NCBI GenBank assembly: GCA_010015585.1
Contig: ML975176.1
Direction: 5' to 3' (one strand)
Source: Eremomyces bilateralis CBS 781.70
Taxonomy: Eukaryota
DNA: 64,000 nt
The notes under the pieces were generated by a model. That model made no database searches. It had not been told where the DNA came from and worked only from the letters and a program-made list of their open reading frames with translations. This document shows positions 12,254 through 25,403 of the stretch, piece by piece. Each line of letters opens with the position of its first letter. Within the stretch, counting starts at the first letter, position 1. The translations under genes and the position numbers were made by a program.

Positions 12254-12852
12254 CTTCAAGGAAACCAGTTATATCATAAGGAACTCCAAAGGAATGCTAA
12301 TGTCTACAAGTGGAGGCCAGTTTCCGAATCGACAAGGCAAAAGAGTGGACGGATTGGACACCAAGTTGAATCCAGAAGTAAGAATTTCAAGCTCAAGTTC
12401 TTGAGCTTCATGTTCCTGTCCTCAGAGAATCATGACATCTGTCCCGAATCCATGGCGGAGCTCCTTCCTTGTTGCCTGAGGCAGCAGCACCGCAAATTGG
12501 CATCACGTGATATGGACTCCTTCCCAAATCCACATCAGCAAGAGGGTCGATCATTAATTAGGGAACAAGGTGAAAGTGTACTGGAATGCTTGACTCTCAA
12601 GCTAACCTGTTGGTCTATCGATTGACAACTATGTTAGAGACAGGGTCTAAAGACTCTAAACTCCTTGGTTCAAACTCCTATGACCCATCCTAGCATCCCC
12701 AACAATTAACGCCGCCTCCATTGACAGTCATGATCGAAGACATGATTTCCGCCTTTGAACTTACACCGGGGTAGTCAGATCCAACGCCATGCTAATGCTT
12801 CGACCTGCTCATATGTTCCATAACCTGTGGAATTCTTTTAGTCTCACACCTT

Positions 12853-14645
12853 TCAGATGTCCATTTTACCACCCATAACCTTCGCAGCCTGGATAGCTTG
12901 CATCTTAGAAGTCCAACCGGGTGCAGGGATGACCTTGCGGACGGTTCGGATTTCGTCGGACGCGTAACCGGGGACGCGAATGTTGTAGTTCCGTTCAAGG
13001 ACAAGCTGAAGGTCACGAATCTCGAGAGTACTGGATTCGCGAAGCTTGGCCATGCGACAGCCGGCGCTGATGACGGAGTCGACGAACTCATCCGCCAGTT
13101 GGAGCATTGCCTTGATAGAAGTCAGTTTCGTTCGCTGAACACAACATCGTGATCTGGGTGAAAATTCCATCAACATACCTCTTCAACCTCGGGGGTGAGC
13201 CCTTCATTTCCTACGCCTTCACCACCACCAGTGACTTGTCGAACGAGCTCATCCAGTTTCTTTTTGCTCAACACCCTCTCCGCCTCGCCTTCGAGAACAA
13301 AGTTCGGCGCTCGTGAAATCACCGGGTTGGCCATGACGCCACCAGATCCATTGACAGGTCCGGCCATGGTGGGTCGAGAGGGTCCCATCGACACCGGAGC
13401 GGGCGAGGCAACGTTGAGAGTTTTAGGGATGGGCATCTTCGAGCCGCTTTTCTGCTCGAAAGTGGTTGCGGGGTGGCCGAGCCCAGCATGGGAGGGTCCG
13501 CGCATGTCTGTGGCAGGATATCCGCGGCCTTGGTGTGCTCTTTCCATTGCGTCGGCGTGGGTGAGGGATTGGGTACCGGGGCCTTGAGGATTTTGCTGTT
13601 GCTGTTGTGGCTGCTGCTGTTGTTGTTGTTGAGGTTGTTGTTGAGGTTGAACCTGGCCAGGCATTTGCCGAAGAGGGGCGCCCATCGACTGATTCACGTT
13701 CACCAACGGTCCTCCTTGTGTCATGTGACCACGAGCCATTGGATTCATATTCTGTCCCATATACTGGTTCTGTCCTGGGATCGACATCTGCGTAGGACTT
13801 GCAGCGGTTTTGGTGGCGCTGGACGGTTGTGATACTTGCGATCCCGTATTCGGAGGTTGTCCTGACATTTGGACAATGCCCTGCGGATGTCCCGAGCCTT
13901 GACTCGGCTGCGAAATCCCGGATTCGGTTTTGACCGGAACATCGGCTCCTCCCTGGCCCGTGGCGACTTTCCGATACTGATTTTGCTTCTGCTGGAACTC
14001 CTCGATATATTGTTTCGTCGTCTGATGTTGGACCATCAAAGCCTGGCGCGCATCGATTATCTGCTGCGGAGGGCCTTGTGGTTGACCTTGGAAGTGCTTG
14101 ATCTGAGTATTGTAATTCCTCACTTCCGACGATAGCTGATCCATCTTCATCAGGTAATTCATGTATACCTGACGCAGCTCTTTCAGCTTCGCCTCGGTCT
14201 CGTGTTCCGGAATCCCTGGCGGAAGGTAGATCGGGATTTTGCTGACTTGTTGGGCGATTTGCTGTTGGGAGGTCTGCGCCGGCTGGCCTTGTGGTTGCGA
14301 GGGACCCGACTGCTCTGGTTGCTGCGCAGGTTGCGTACCGGCTCCCTGCTCCTCTCCGCTCCTCTTCGCCTTCTGTTCCATCCAGTTGCGGTAGTTCTGC
14401 TTGAGCTTCGCCGTCGCTTCGGCAAGCTTGTTCATGGCGAGCTTATATTCGTTGGAATCTGGGGGTTTCGAGTGGATGATGGCCCACATTTGCCGTACGC
14501 CGGATTCGTATTTGACTTTTTGCGTGGCGTCGAGGTGCGGCATGTTTTTGATTTGCTCGGGTTTGATGAACTGCAACTGAGGATGCTGGGGATTTGTCGC
14601 ACCTCCTTGCGGAAGTTGGTTAGGTCTCTGGGTGGGTTGAGACAT
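12853..14645 (-). CDS. TAF12: TFIID/SAGA subunit TAF12
   Basis: Q-rich N-terminus followed by the histone fold [15 protein letters not shown]...[53 protein letters not shown]. Intron 13111-13178. Confidence 0.93.
13593..13652 (-). repeat. Imperfect (CAA/CAG)n polyglutamine microsatellite within TAF12
   Basis: Encodes [19 protein letters not shown]. Confidence 0.85.
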
Positions 14646-15167
14646 GGTGAAGGAGCCTTGAGCCAGTGAGGCGATACTGCAGGTATGATACTGATTCAAG
14701 GGGAGAGGTTTTTGATCATCGTCTCATATACGTATAGAAGATCCGGAGGTGGGACTGGGGGTTTTCGTTCAATGAAAAAGATCTAGATGAAGGAGCCGTA
14801 CAAGAGATTTGGACGGAGCAAGTGAGGTTGCTCGAACATGAAGCTGCTTCAACGGTTCAACATCACCGAACCAATGCCAAGGATATTGCCTCGATCACGT
14901 GCTGCTCTTGCTTCACCATTCCACCCAACCAACCATCCCCACAGAGCGCTGATAATTCCGTAGATCGGAAGTTTAGGAAGTTTAATCACAAGTGGTGAAT
15001 GATCAATGAGGGTTATACAGTCAGTCAGTCATCTTGATCTATTGTCTTGGGACAAAAGCTGGGAATGGTTAAGGATACGTTGTTCACGTTCTCGGAGTAG
15101 TATTCTTCTCAAAATACCTGTACATTTTCATTGAAACGCTATGGTACTGTACAATTCCTTCTAATGT

Positions 15168-18100
15168 TTAATGATTTCCATCCAAAGGTAGAGGCATCAT
15201 CACATCGAACGCCCCCGTTCCAACCCTGCTGAGCTTCCCAGCAACAATGCGGGAACTGGGGTTCTGCAAAATATCCGTATCCTCTCCTAGGACAGCCTGC
15301 GTGAGGAATTTGACCGTCGTCTCGAAACTCATCTTCATGAAAGGACTTGAACCATGAGTCATGCCCATTCGATTGAACGCCTTGAACGATCCTCCACGCG
15401 TCATGTAGTCCGCAATCAGATTCAAATGTCGGTTGTCAACACTGATTCCATGCCCACCGAACACACCATCCAGTTCTCGAACGATGGTCGCTCGAGCCGC
15501 TTCAACTCCGTAGTGCTCCAACATGGCAGCCACATCGTTCGTGAAGATTCGGTGGGGATCGATCACGTTCTGAAAGAACGAGTCTCGCATGGCAAGGAGG
15601 TTGGCCCCACGAGTGGAGATGGATTTCGCGACCTTGGATTTGTCGCCGGTCGCTTCGTCGGTTTGGTCTTCGTAATTGACATCACCAGCGATGATTCCAG
15701 GGACATCATGGATCACTGCCATCTTCAAGGCGGCCTCGACGAGGGGGAGAAGAAGAACTTTCGGGTCTTCCATCGTTTGTTCAATGGAGAACTCGCACCA
15801 TTGTCCATGTTCATCATCGAATTTGAACGATGACACTTCCCTGGTCTCTTTGCGTTCGCGCAACGTTTCCTCCCGAACTCGGGATACGTTGGCGCGTGCT
15901 TTCTCGACCTTGGATGCCAGATCAGTCGCGTCCTCATCTTCGGCTTCGCTTTCCTTTGGACTTCCCCCATAGGTTTCGTCCTCTTCCTCATGCATTACCT
16001 CCGTTGACTTCTCCTGTGCGGAGATGACATTCTCCTCCTCCTCTTCGGCATCATCATACCCAAAGTTCGTTGTCCGGCCTGCTCTCTTCGCGTCGTCTGC
16101 GTCACCATCGCCCTCCTCTTCCCCGTCGGCAACATCCTCGACGGGCCCTGGCGGACGTTCAACGATTTTCTTGCCCACTCCGATGGCATTCCTGGATCCG
16201 TGAGAGCTTCTCGATTCCTGAACTTTGCGTTTCAACTCCTTCCTCTTGCGGGAGATCAGATCCGGCAAGAAGTTCTTCTGAATGGCACGTATGATATCTT
16301 CGATCTGGATGGCGAACTCTTCCATGTATTCCTCGGCGGGGAAGAAGTCCAGGCGGACCGTGTAGTACTTCGAGTGCGTGTAACTGACGCCTTTTCCCAC
16401 ACTTTCCTTCACAGAGCATGACTCCACTACTTCCGACAGAGCCAGCCGACTAATGCTCTTGGCGAACGTCTGGGCGGTCTCATTAGGGATGTCTTCAGTG
16501 AGATGGAGCGTCATGGCCGGAGTACTGATCGAGCGACTCGCGGTCATCAGAACCTCTCGAAGGCGTGGGATACCGAGCGTCACGTTCTTCGCTGCGTGCC
16601 CTGCCAAATGGAACGTGTTGAGCGTCATCTGCGTGGACGGTTCTCCCACCGACTGACCAGCGACGATGCCAACCGCTTCGCCTGGCTCGACCAAGGATTT
16701 GAGGTACTTGATGTCAAGCATCGCTTCCAGGGGTTTTCGGGTCACAAGTCGTGCTCCAGATCCATCGCGTCGTTTCGTTTGCCCCTTCTTCTTATTCACG
16801 AGGAGCTTGTGTTCGTCTTCGTCGATGAAATCTCTCTGACGTGACAAGAACTTCTCCGAGGTGCTGCCCGCATTCATGGTTGGGGGGTAAACTGCCGTGG
16901 CCGGGTCCATTTTCCAGGCTTTCTCGGGGTTCCTCGCCTTCTTCAAAGCTTTTTTGTTGTATGACTTGGCTTCTTCACTGTACATCCGCTCATGTTCGGC
17001 TCCCGCATTCAGCGATCGATAGACGTCCGCAAAGTTCTCCGTGAGGAATTTGAAGTCGAAGAGATACTTTTGTCTCGCCACGTCCAGTCCATCCTCGCCG
17101 TAAAGGAACTGGATCATTGCGCCATCGCTGTCCCGGACCGAGCCGTCATACTCCACACGGAGGCCTTCCATGCCTTTGACCAGGCAACGCTGCAGATACC
17201 CAGACCTTGAGGTTTTCACGGCGGTGTCAATGAGACCCTCACGTCCTGCCATGGCATGGAAGTAATATTCTTGCGGCCGCACACCCGTTAAGAATCGATC
17301 GGTGATGTACCCACCGGCACGAAGGCTGGGGTCGTAGGGCGTGAAGCAAGGCAATGTCTTCCCACTGACCATGACAGGAACCCGCCGGCCTTCGAGAACC
17401 TGCTGACCGAGATTGGTCGAAATCTGATTGGCATTGACGTTCGAACCTTTCGCTCCCGTGGCCGTCATTGCCAACATCTGGTTTTTCGGGAATGGCTTGA
17501 CCACACCGGCCGGTACGCATGCCGATTGTAACTTGGTAGTCACCTCGGACCCGGCGGATCGCATGACCGTGTCCAATCCACTATGTTCGGCTGGATTCCG
17601 CAACACCTTCTCTAACCGTGCGGACAGCTCGGACGGTCTCTGGCGCGCCTCTTCCGGGTCAAGATTAACATACTTTGCGGCGGCCTCGAATCCCACATTA
17701 CTAGAGATGTCGACGGTTTCACCTCGACTGGTATCCGCGTTGTGTGTCAGGATCAGATCCTCCACGCCGCACGAAAACCCTTGCATGTGCAGCATTTTGG
17801 TGAGGAGGCGACCCAGAATACTAAGGAGCCGTCCCGCCACACGCGACCCATACACCTCGTAAATGCCGTTGATGAAACCACCACCGCTTGGTCCGATGTG
17901 GTTCTTGTCGAGGATTCCCGTTATGAGGACGCCGTTTTGAAAAATGACATCTCCTTCTTCTGAGTCAGTTCCCCACAGATTCTTTGGCGTCTGCGATCCG
18001 GCGGTGAGTGTCAGACCGTCCGTACCGATCGGACGGATGTTTTCCAGCACGGTCGAAATGATCTGCTTTCCCGTCCAGAGCTTTCTGGGTCGGAAAATGG

Positions 18101-20389
18101 CCGGAGGCAATGTGATGAGGCGATTGTGAGTGGTATGGTTATCCTCGGGTCGGAGAGCGGCATACATCAGTTGGAAGTATTCCCCTCTTGTGAAGAAGGT
18201 GTCTTTGTTCGTCAAGCGCACGCCCATCGAAATGTGATCCTGAATCAAACCACGAAGTGGCTTGCCTGCTGTGCCCGACAGGTACTGTTCGTCAGTGGCA
18301 GCAATGAGGATGGCCTCGGCGCGCCCGATCTCGTTCTGGGGCAGGTGCATGTTCATCTCATCGCCATCGAAATCCGCATTATACGTGTTGCAATTGGCGT
18401 AGTGCATGCGAATGGTTTTCTCTCCTGGAAGGACTCGGGCCCTGTGAGCCATCATGGACGGCTTATGCAATGTGGGTTGTCGATTCATGAGAACGACGTC
18501 GCCGTTGTTCAAATGTCGATAGACCTTCTTGCCCCTGCTTCCGTTGTCCGATGTACTCGATGGTGCTAGGAGTTGATTGGCCAACGCTTGTCTCTCTTCG
18601 ACGTTTTTATGTCGCAGATTGATCATTTGCCCGTTTTCGTTCTCGATCGCCACAGCACCAGGCCATTTATCCGGACCGTTGAGTACCGCTTCTTTCAGTT
18701 CGAAGTAATTGTGGTTCGTCACCGGCTCGGGGTAAGTCAGCCTTGTGGCAAAGACCGGAGGCACACCAATCTCGTTCGTTTCGATGTTGGGGTCAGGAGA
18801 GATGACACTTCTGGCGGCGTAGTTCACACGCTTGCCCATCATGTTCATTCGAAACAATCCCTCCTTTTTCTCTAGATCTTGTTTGATCCCATCCAAATTC
18901 CGTCGTGCAGCCAATCCCTGATTGGGGTTGCGGTCTTTGTCGATCAAGGAGTTGACAGCTTCCTGAAGGCGTACGCACGCCTCATTATAATCGACAAGAC
19001 TACGCTTTCGTCCTGATTCCGACGTGGCTGGGTTGAGGATCTCCGAGGAGATCTGACGAACCGTTTGGCCGCATTGGAGGATGCCCTTGTAGTGATTGTT
19101 CTTCATGTGTTCCATAACATCCCCTCGATCATTTTTTGAGTCGGGTCGATACTTGCTCGGAGGGACTAACATCGTCTTAATGAAGAACATGTCCGGAGTG
19201 ATCGGAGTCTTGGTTGACGCCGTAGCCGGTCGATATATGAGGTTGAAAAGTTCCGTCTCACGCTGGAAAAGCAGTGTGAGCGCCGCATGGATCTCCTGGG
19301 CGCTCATGTATCGTTCCCGTTTTTCCTCGACCTTGGTTGCCTGCCTCATGCCAACCTGCGCATTTTCGAGAACCAACCCACCTCCGATGTCATCATCTTC
19401 CATTTGGACATCCCCATCTTCGTCCGCTGACATTGGATCAAGATCAGCTACCGCCTCATCCACAACACCGCGGCTCTGGCGCTTTTCCGACTTGGCGATT
19501 TGGGTTCGTAATGTGATCAATGGATTCTCGTACGTGATACCACGTTCTCTTAGAACCTTCTCGTAAGTTTCGGCGAGAGTGTTTCGGTAGATCCTCACGA
19601 ATCGATCCTTTCGATATGAAGGAGAAGTGCTGCGTCCAATTAGAAGGTATAACCCAGGGCAGCGAAATCCTTACCAGTTGCAATTCGGGCATTTTCTCCT
19701 TGTCGACATATCCTTGAGGACCTCCGAAAGGACCGAGAACCTTGCTTCTCTGACCATTTCACTCTTTTCGAGATCCGCGGTAGAGCCGTTCTTCCTCTGG
19801 AATCTTTTGATTTGTTCCTTTGTATACGCCCTGATCTTGCCGATCTTCGTGTCATCGTCCTCGTCGTCGGAATCGGAATCGCCATTGGGGTTGTGAGTGG
19901 ATGGGCCAGTCGAAGGTTTCGCAATAGCATCATCCATTCCAGCCACCGCATTGACCAAGCCATGCTTTAACAGCTGGAGTTTGCAGATGGCTTCTGTTGC
20001 CCGTATTCGGGATAGTTTTGCTCGATGGCAATAGTCGCATTGCGCTCTCAAGAGTCGCAAGATCTGATCGAAGAAGAGTGGATGATACACTAACTCCGGT
20101 AGGTCAATGTGTCCACAATGACCCGGGCAGGTAAACTTGTTCAATTTGCATGTTGTGCATCTTCACGGTATTAGCTGTGGCTCATAATCCACCATCGATG
20201 TACTCACGCATTGTCTAGGAAAGTCCCTAGAGATGGATCATGGAGACCGCCGGGACAAGGATGTTTTAGGGTATCAAATGTCTCAGGATTCCGTATTTCC
20301 TTCACTGAAAGCTTGTGGATCTCATCGGGAGCGAGAAACGAGAAATCCACACCTGCAAGGTGGGATGCCACGGGAGATGCGATGTTCAT
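15168..20389 (-). CDS. RPA190: RNA polymerase I largest subunit
   Basis: MNIASPVASHL..., Zn motif CPGHCGHI, KKEGLFRMNMMGKRVN, NRQPTLHKPSMM, catalytic YNADFDGDEMN, TAVKTSRSGYLQR and Pol I-type acidic expander. Introns at about 20162-20207 and 19630-19674. Confidence 0.97.
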
Positions 20390-20937
20390 GGTGGAGGCGG
20401 AGGATGGTTTGAATATCGCAGAAAGTGTTTTCCCTAATGAACAGCCGCCGGGGCGACCGCACTAGAGTCTATGAGTCTGGCTCAAAGTCTGCATTTGCTT
20501 TGGAAGGTATTTACGCTTTCATATCAGTAAGTCGGAGTCTTGATCTGAACTTGAATCTCGATATTTTCCAAATTTCGATGATCCGTGCACCTGGAGAGGG
20601 TCAAGTACTCAAGTGTGGCTGAGTGGCTGAGGATTGTGACAGGGATAAATCTTGTGCTCCCATTGGTCCATTCAGGCGGACGTCGTCACATCAGAAATCT
20701 GCTGTCGAGTGGGACTGTGGGAGAACGAATCTGTGTCCATTTCCGGATAACTGCACTGACTTGAGCAGCTAGTCATATCCTCTCATCTCCAGCGAAAGAT
20801 CGTGGATATTACATATCTGATCAAAGTTGAGCGCTCAGTTACAAACCAGGGTTTAAACCCCCGATCCCCAACATCTCGAAGCGTGATACATCAAACGACG
20901 ATATCTGATCTGTGCTTCCATCGACGGATGGTTAAAT

Positions 20938-21439
20938 ATGCCTGGGCCAGTGTCAAATGATCAAGTTTGTGTATTGTACTACTCTCGTGGATTTTCCTGA
21001 CTGAAACATGGCAGTTCTTCGCACGGGTGGGCGAACTTCTCGAAGAAAACAAGAAAGCAGGACATGGATCAGTATTCTTCACCCAGAAACGATGTACGAA
21101 TTGACTTGTCTACAATTTATTAGAACCACCTAACATTTGCTAGTAACTCCCTCGAATGTCCAAAATGCTGAGGACAAAGACCCCTTATGGGATGTGAACC
21201 TTCCAGGTCCTTTCGCCGTCTTAATTCGTGCTACCAATGGCAAGTCCAAGGAGAACAGAGACGACAAGATCAAAGTTTCTACGGTCGTACAGCCGGAGAG
21301 CTCAGAAGAATTCTTTAAGCAGTATGCTGATGTGTGCAAAGCGGGCATGCAAGCGTTAAAGCCAAAGGACCGAAGCAAACGAAAGAAGAAAAAGGCCAAG
21401 AAGAGGAAGGGACCTGTGGATGGAGAAAAGAAGCCATGA
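20938..21439 (+). CDS. SRP14: Signal recognition particle subunit SRP14
   Basis: MPGPVSNDQ|FFARVGELLEENKKAGHGSVFFTQKR|L...VLIRATNGK...KIKVSTVVQP...YADVCKAGMQALKPKDRSKRKKK. Introns at about 20965-21014 and 21094-21143. Confidence 0.9.
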
Positions 21440-21867
21440 AAGGGCGTGCATGTGGTTTTCGAACCATCCTATCATCTTGTGCAGCAAATTGAAGAGAGAA
21501 GACTTATTCATAGGCAGTCAAAGCCACCCGCCTCGGCTGTGTTGGACTCAACAGCTATCCAGATGAAGGTATCATGGAGGCAGGGAAGCACATCAGCGAG
21601 CACCAGAACATCACATTGTGGAGAAGCGATATGAATGATGAGGGGACTTGGTTGCTAGGTATTTACACACCTTCTATGCGGTAAAAGATAATTCCTTCTA
21701 TAGGAGAGTGGCAATTACTCAAACCCTGTATCTTCAATGTGCCTTTTCTTCTGACCCTGTACACCTCTCTAGCTGATTATACAAGCTAGTATATTCTGCC
21801 GAAGTCTGCTCAAGTCTGCCCAATTCTGTGAAACCTCCATATCTCGAAGCCATCCACTAGGATCGAT

Positions 21868-22788
21868 TTAGCTCTTCTTCGCAATCCTTCCGCTTCGACG
21901 AAGTCCAGTCTGTTTCCGAGCCACCTGGCAAGCTAGCCAACCGAACTCGATCTCCATGCTTCTTTCAGTTATCGGCAGGAAAGGTTCACCCCCCCGAGTC
22001 ATCTTCAAGCCGATCGTGGCCTTGCTCCCAGGGCTTTTCTGCCTCGTTCTATCCGGTGCGTCGAGGCGTTCCCGCTCGAGTTGTCGTCCAAGGTGATTGT
22101 TGATAACCACCATGTCTTTGAAGAAAGTTGCATAGCGGGATTTTTCTTTCAGGCGAGAATTTGGATCTTGAGCTCGACGTATGACGCCGTTGTCGATAAC
22201 CGTGGAGTTATCCGTGCACAATGCCTGGACCAGGTCCTCCTTCAATTGTTCATCAATGGGCCCTTCTAAGATCAGGGTTCGTATTTTGTGCCGTTCTCCA
22301 AGCTGAAGAAGACTCTCGATGCATGCCTTGGGTTTGGGTTGAAGTAGAAATTGGCCGCAGAACTTTTTGCTATGGTCTGCATCTGTGATGTAGCTCCAGA
22401 GAAAGTCATGGATTTGAGACAGCTCGTCTTCTTCCTCTGAGCTCTCGTCTGTGTCCAAATCCTGGAGCGCACATTTGCCTGGGTCCCCCACAAGGAAATG
22501 GTCGCCATTGACAGGTGGTCCAACAGCGATGAAGCTCCGACGAGTGAAAAGGACGCCTGATTCGACTTTCAAGTGAATCTTCCTCCATGTATGTCCGACA
22601 CACTGCTCGAAGAGAGTTGCATACATATCGTCTTGAAAATTGCTGAATTGGTTCGCGTCTAGGATGAGTTTGACTTCCCGGAGAGCCTTAGTGCCAGTGA
22701 AGTCAGGGGTCATCAGGACTTCGAGAGCGCCATCCTCCTTGTCGAGATTTAATCGGTGAGCACCTGTACTCTGAGTAGGAGTAGTCAT
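21868..22788 (-). CDS. Hypothetical protein (about 306 aa, no recognised domain, basic NLS-like C-terminus)
   Basis: Uninterrupted ORF of over 900 nt with protein-like composition. First ATG at 22788; ends RKQTGLRRSGRIAKKS. Confidence 0.6.
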   Translation of the reverse strand: MTTPTQSTGAHRLNLDKEDGALEVLMTPDFTGTKALREVKLILDANQFSNFQDDMYATLFEQCVGHTWRKIHLKVESGVLFTRRSFIAVGPPVNGDHFLVGDPGKCALQDLDTDESSEEEDELSQIHDFLWSYITDADHSKKFCGQFLLQPKPKACIESLLQLGERHKIRTLILEGPIDEQLKEDLVQALCTDNSTVIDNGVIRRAQDPNSRLKEKSRYATFFKDMVVINNHLGRQLERERLDAPDRTRQKSPGSKATIGLKMTRGGEPFLPITERSMEIEFGWLACQVARKQTGLRRSGRIAKKS

Positions 22789-22984
22789 AGTGGCTGATTG
22801 TGACAATGATCGGGAATTTAGTGAATTCGAGTATGTTGCGGTTGTGCGGATAAAGAGTGGTCGCTTTCAACACATCAACAAAACTCACATCGCATGCACC
22901 AATTCTCCCACAACAACATGCGGATACGGTTCTCCCGATCCTCCGGGATGGCACACATTGATGATTTGCAATTTGGATTCACTG

Positions 22985-24719
22985 TCAAAGTCCAAAGGAA
23001 GCGTTGTCACCGGAGACTGTATTATAGGCTCTCCACCAGACACCCATATTCGCGGCAACCAGTAAGTCCAGCATTTTTATACCTTCATCTTCAATGATCA
23101 GCTTCCCTAACTTCGCCTTCTTTCCTCCAATGCCTCCGCCTGCTTTTTCTTGTCCCAAGGCAAGGTTAAGCTCATCAGTTGGCGGACGAATGTGTTGTCC
23201 TCTATCCCTCCCAAGGCTAGGCGTGGATTTCGTCGGGAGTGAGGCTTCACTATTGCTTTCACTCTTCGTATACCGTATTGGTCCCTCCCTCGATGCCGTC
23301 GACACGGTTCCAGGGAGATTGAATCGAAGTTCGCTGACGACAGAAGGAGGACCGATTGAAGCCGAGGACCCAACTATTGGAGAATGCTTACACTACCAAG
23401 TTCAGCGCTGGATTGCTGCATCATCGAATCCAACATACCTTGAGAGACCCTGTCACTAAACTCTCAATAAACTCACACCTTCCACCCCAAGGGCTTAGGA
23501 ATGTATAGCATCTCTTCGCAGACCGTTTCCGTTCTGTTGCTGACAGTTCAAGCCGATTTTGGGAGGGGCCGAAGGAAGACGGTCTATGACCTCCCGAATC
23601 AAAAGACGGCTTGCTCTGGTGTCGGCTGCGGACCTTGAGTGCCGCAGTGAATCTGCTGGTGCTATCATGGGAATGGCTCTTCCGGTGGCCATCAGAAAAC
23701 GGACGCTCGGAGATCTGAGACCCCTCAACCCAAATTCGGCGCCAAAACACGTCACACCGCACCCGACGATCGTCCGACACCGAGAGTTGCGATTTATTGA
23801 TTCCTGTAGTTGCGGAAGCTATAAACTTGCTATACCCTGGGTTGCTGACCTCCACATACAGAGGGGTGCCACTTTTGCGGATAAAGGTTGCCTCGCTTTT
23901 GGAAGGGTGCGAAGAGACGTTTATCGGAACTGGATCGGAGATTGTTGCTACATTCCATTGGGAATCTGATGCCGGATCCCTTCGAATAAGCGTGAGCACA
24001 TCCTCGGGGGGAAATCCGTGAGAAGCTATTCCGGTCGGAGTCATCGATGTGGTTTCTGTCGATATGTCCATGCTAAGAGAAGGCGGGTGATCACTAGAGT
24101 CTGCGACTAAGCTCCTTGGACCTGGATAGGCGGATCTAGGAGAATCTGGATTCCGATTCGGGGGCTGTTTCCTAGCAATTCGAAAAGGTGACGAGGCCGG
24201 CTCGTTTCTAGGACCTTTCGGTGGCCATCCAAGTCCGTCTGCTTCTGGGATAGGAGACGACCGATTCCAAGGCTCTAAGTCTGGCAGATCCGGGAGAGGC
24301 CTAGAGTTGCTCGGTGGCAGACCATGTTCGGACACTGCAGGCAAATCCTTTCGAGGGATACGGTAGCTGGAATCCAATGGAACGGCATCCTGTGTTGGGA
24401 GTCTCTGGCTTCTTGCGGACTCAAGAAAATCCTGGTCCTCTGGTCGATCGACATGAACATAGTAAAGAGCGCTAAGCACGTCCTCTGCGCTCACCACTTT
24501 ATCTCTCGGTTTGACTGGTGTCAGGAACATGTCTTGGGTGGATTAGCGATGGTTGATGGCAAAACAAGTAATCACCTTACCCCGACTGCCAGGAACACGA
24601 GCGATATAAAGAACAAGTGGATCTTGTCTTTCATGAGTTGGATTGCGTGGATAATCAGGAGGATTAGCAGCAATGGTTGTAATCGTCGAAAGAGACCTCG
24701 CCTCGACGGGTGACGCCAT
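22985..24719 (-). CDS. Conserved Pezizomycotina hypothetical protein (often auto-annotated 'oxidoreductase-like')
   Basis: MASPVEARSLSTITTIAANPPDYP...LVLYIARVPGSR|DMFLTPVKP, LTLIRRDPAS.SQWNVA, YTFLSPWGGRCEF, SELRFNLP, KAKLGKLIIEDEGIKMLDLLVAANM. Introns at about 24533-24580 and 23393-23438. Confidence 0.82.
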
Positions 24720-25403
24720 TGAAAATGGTTTACGACTTCAACAGATCGAATTGATAGAAACAGCGGGTCGGACGTTGCTTAATAGCCTGTCTCCAAATAT
24801 TAATAGAAAAAAATATTTACTTCGATGCAAATGGACTGCTGAGGTGGCTGTGCGCAAACTGGATGCGTGTCCCCCGAAAAGCTGACGATCTGTCCACGAT
24901 CTTCTTGGTTAGTGGTAAGCATTACGGTAGTGAGGCTGATATGACCAAAGCATGGACTTATGCTGGCCAAACCATGAGTTGGAGACACTAATTACAGGAC
25001 GGTCCATTTGATCTGATGGAATTAATACGATCTGGATACCTCCGGAGTGAGAGCGGACTCCTTCCCGTTGTATCTTCACTGTGTCACGTGCCAGTGGAAA
25101 CGAGGAAAATTCTTGGCACATATACTAACCTATTTAGGTTTAGCATTGCTGATGACATAATGCTCAGCATGTGTGGTGCCTGATTTGTTAGTGCCTGTCT
25201 GCCTGACAGCCTGAAGACGCACGTTGACGCGACACCAAGTCGTGCTGCCTACAGCAAGGAGCTTTGTTGGAGCTCTACCATACCAACACTCACATCAAAC
25301 TCTCATCCACCATCTACCTTTCCTTCTGCTTCTTCATTCCTCGTTTAATCCATCTCTTCTTTCCCTTACTTAACCTTTCACTGTCGGAAGTAAACCCAGA
25401 AGG

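Noticed and set aside
18340..18500. Possible intein or selfish insertion near the RPA190 active site
   Set aside because: NRQPTLH and NADFDGD are contiguous with normal spacing, so there is no insertion.
15354..19566. Many antisense and alternative-frame ORFs of 100-200 aa over RPA190 (also over the histidine kinase, PGM and TBC genes)
   Set aside because: These are shadows of codon bias in long GC-balanced CDSs, with no recognisable motifs.
24660..24719. Apparent frameshift or non-AUG start at the 5' end of the conserved hypothetical gene (similarly at 35760-35797)
   Set aside because: On recounting the homopolymer runs, both ATGs are in frame with the downstream conserved motifs.
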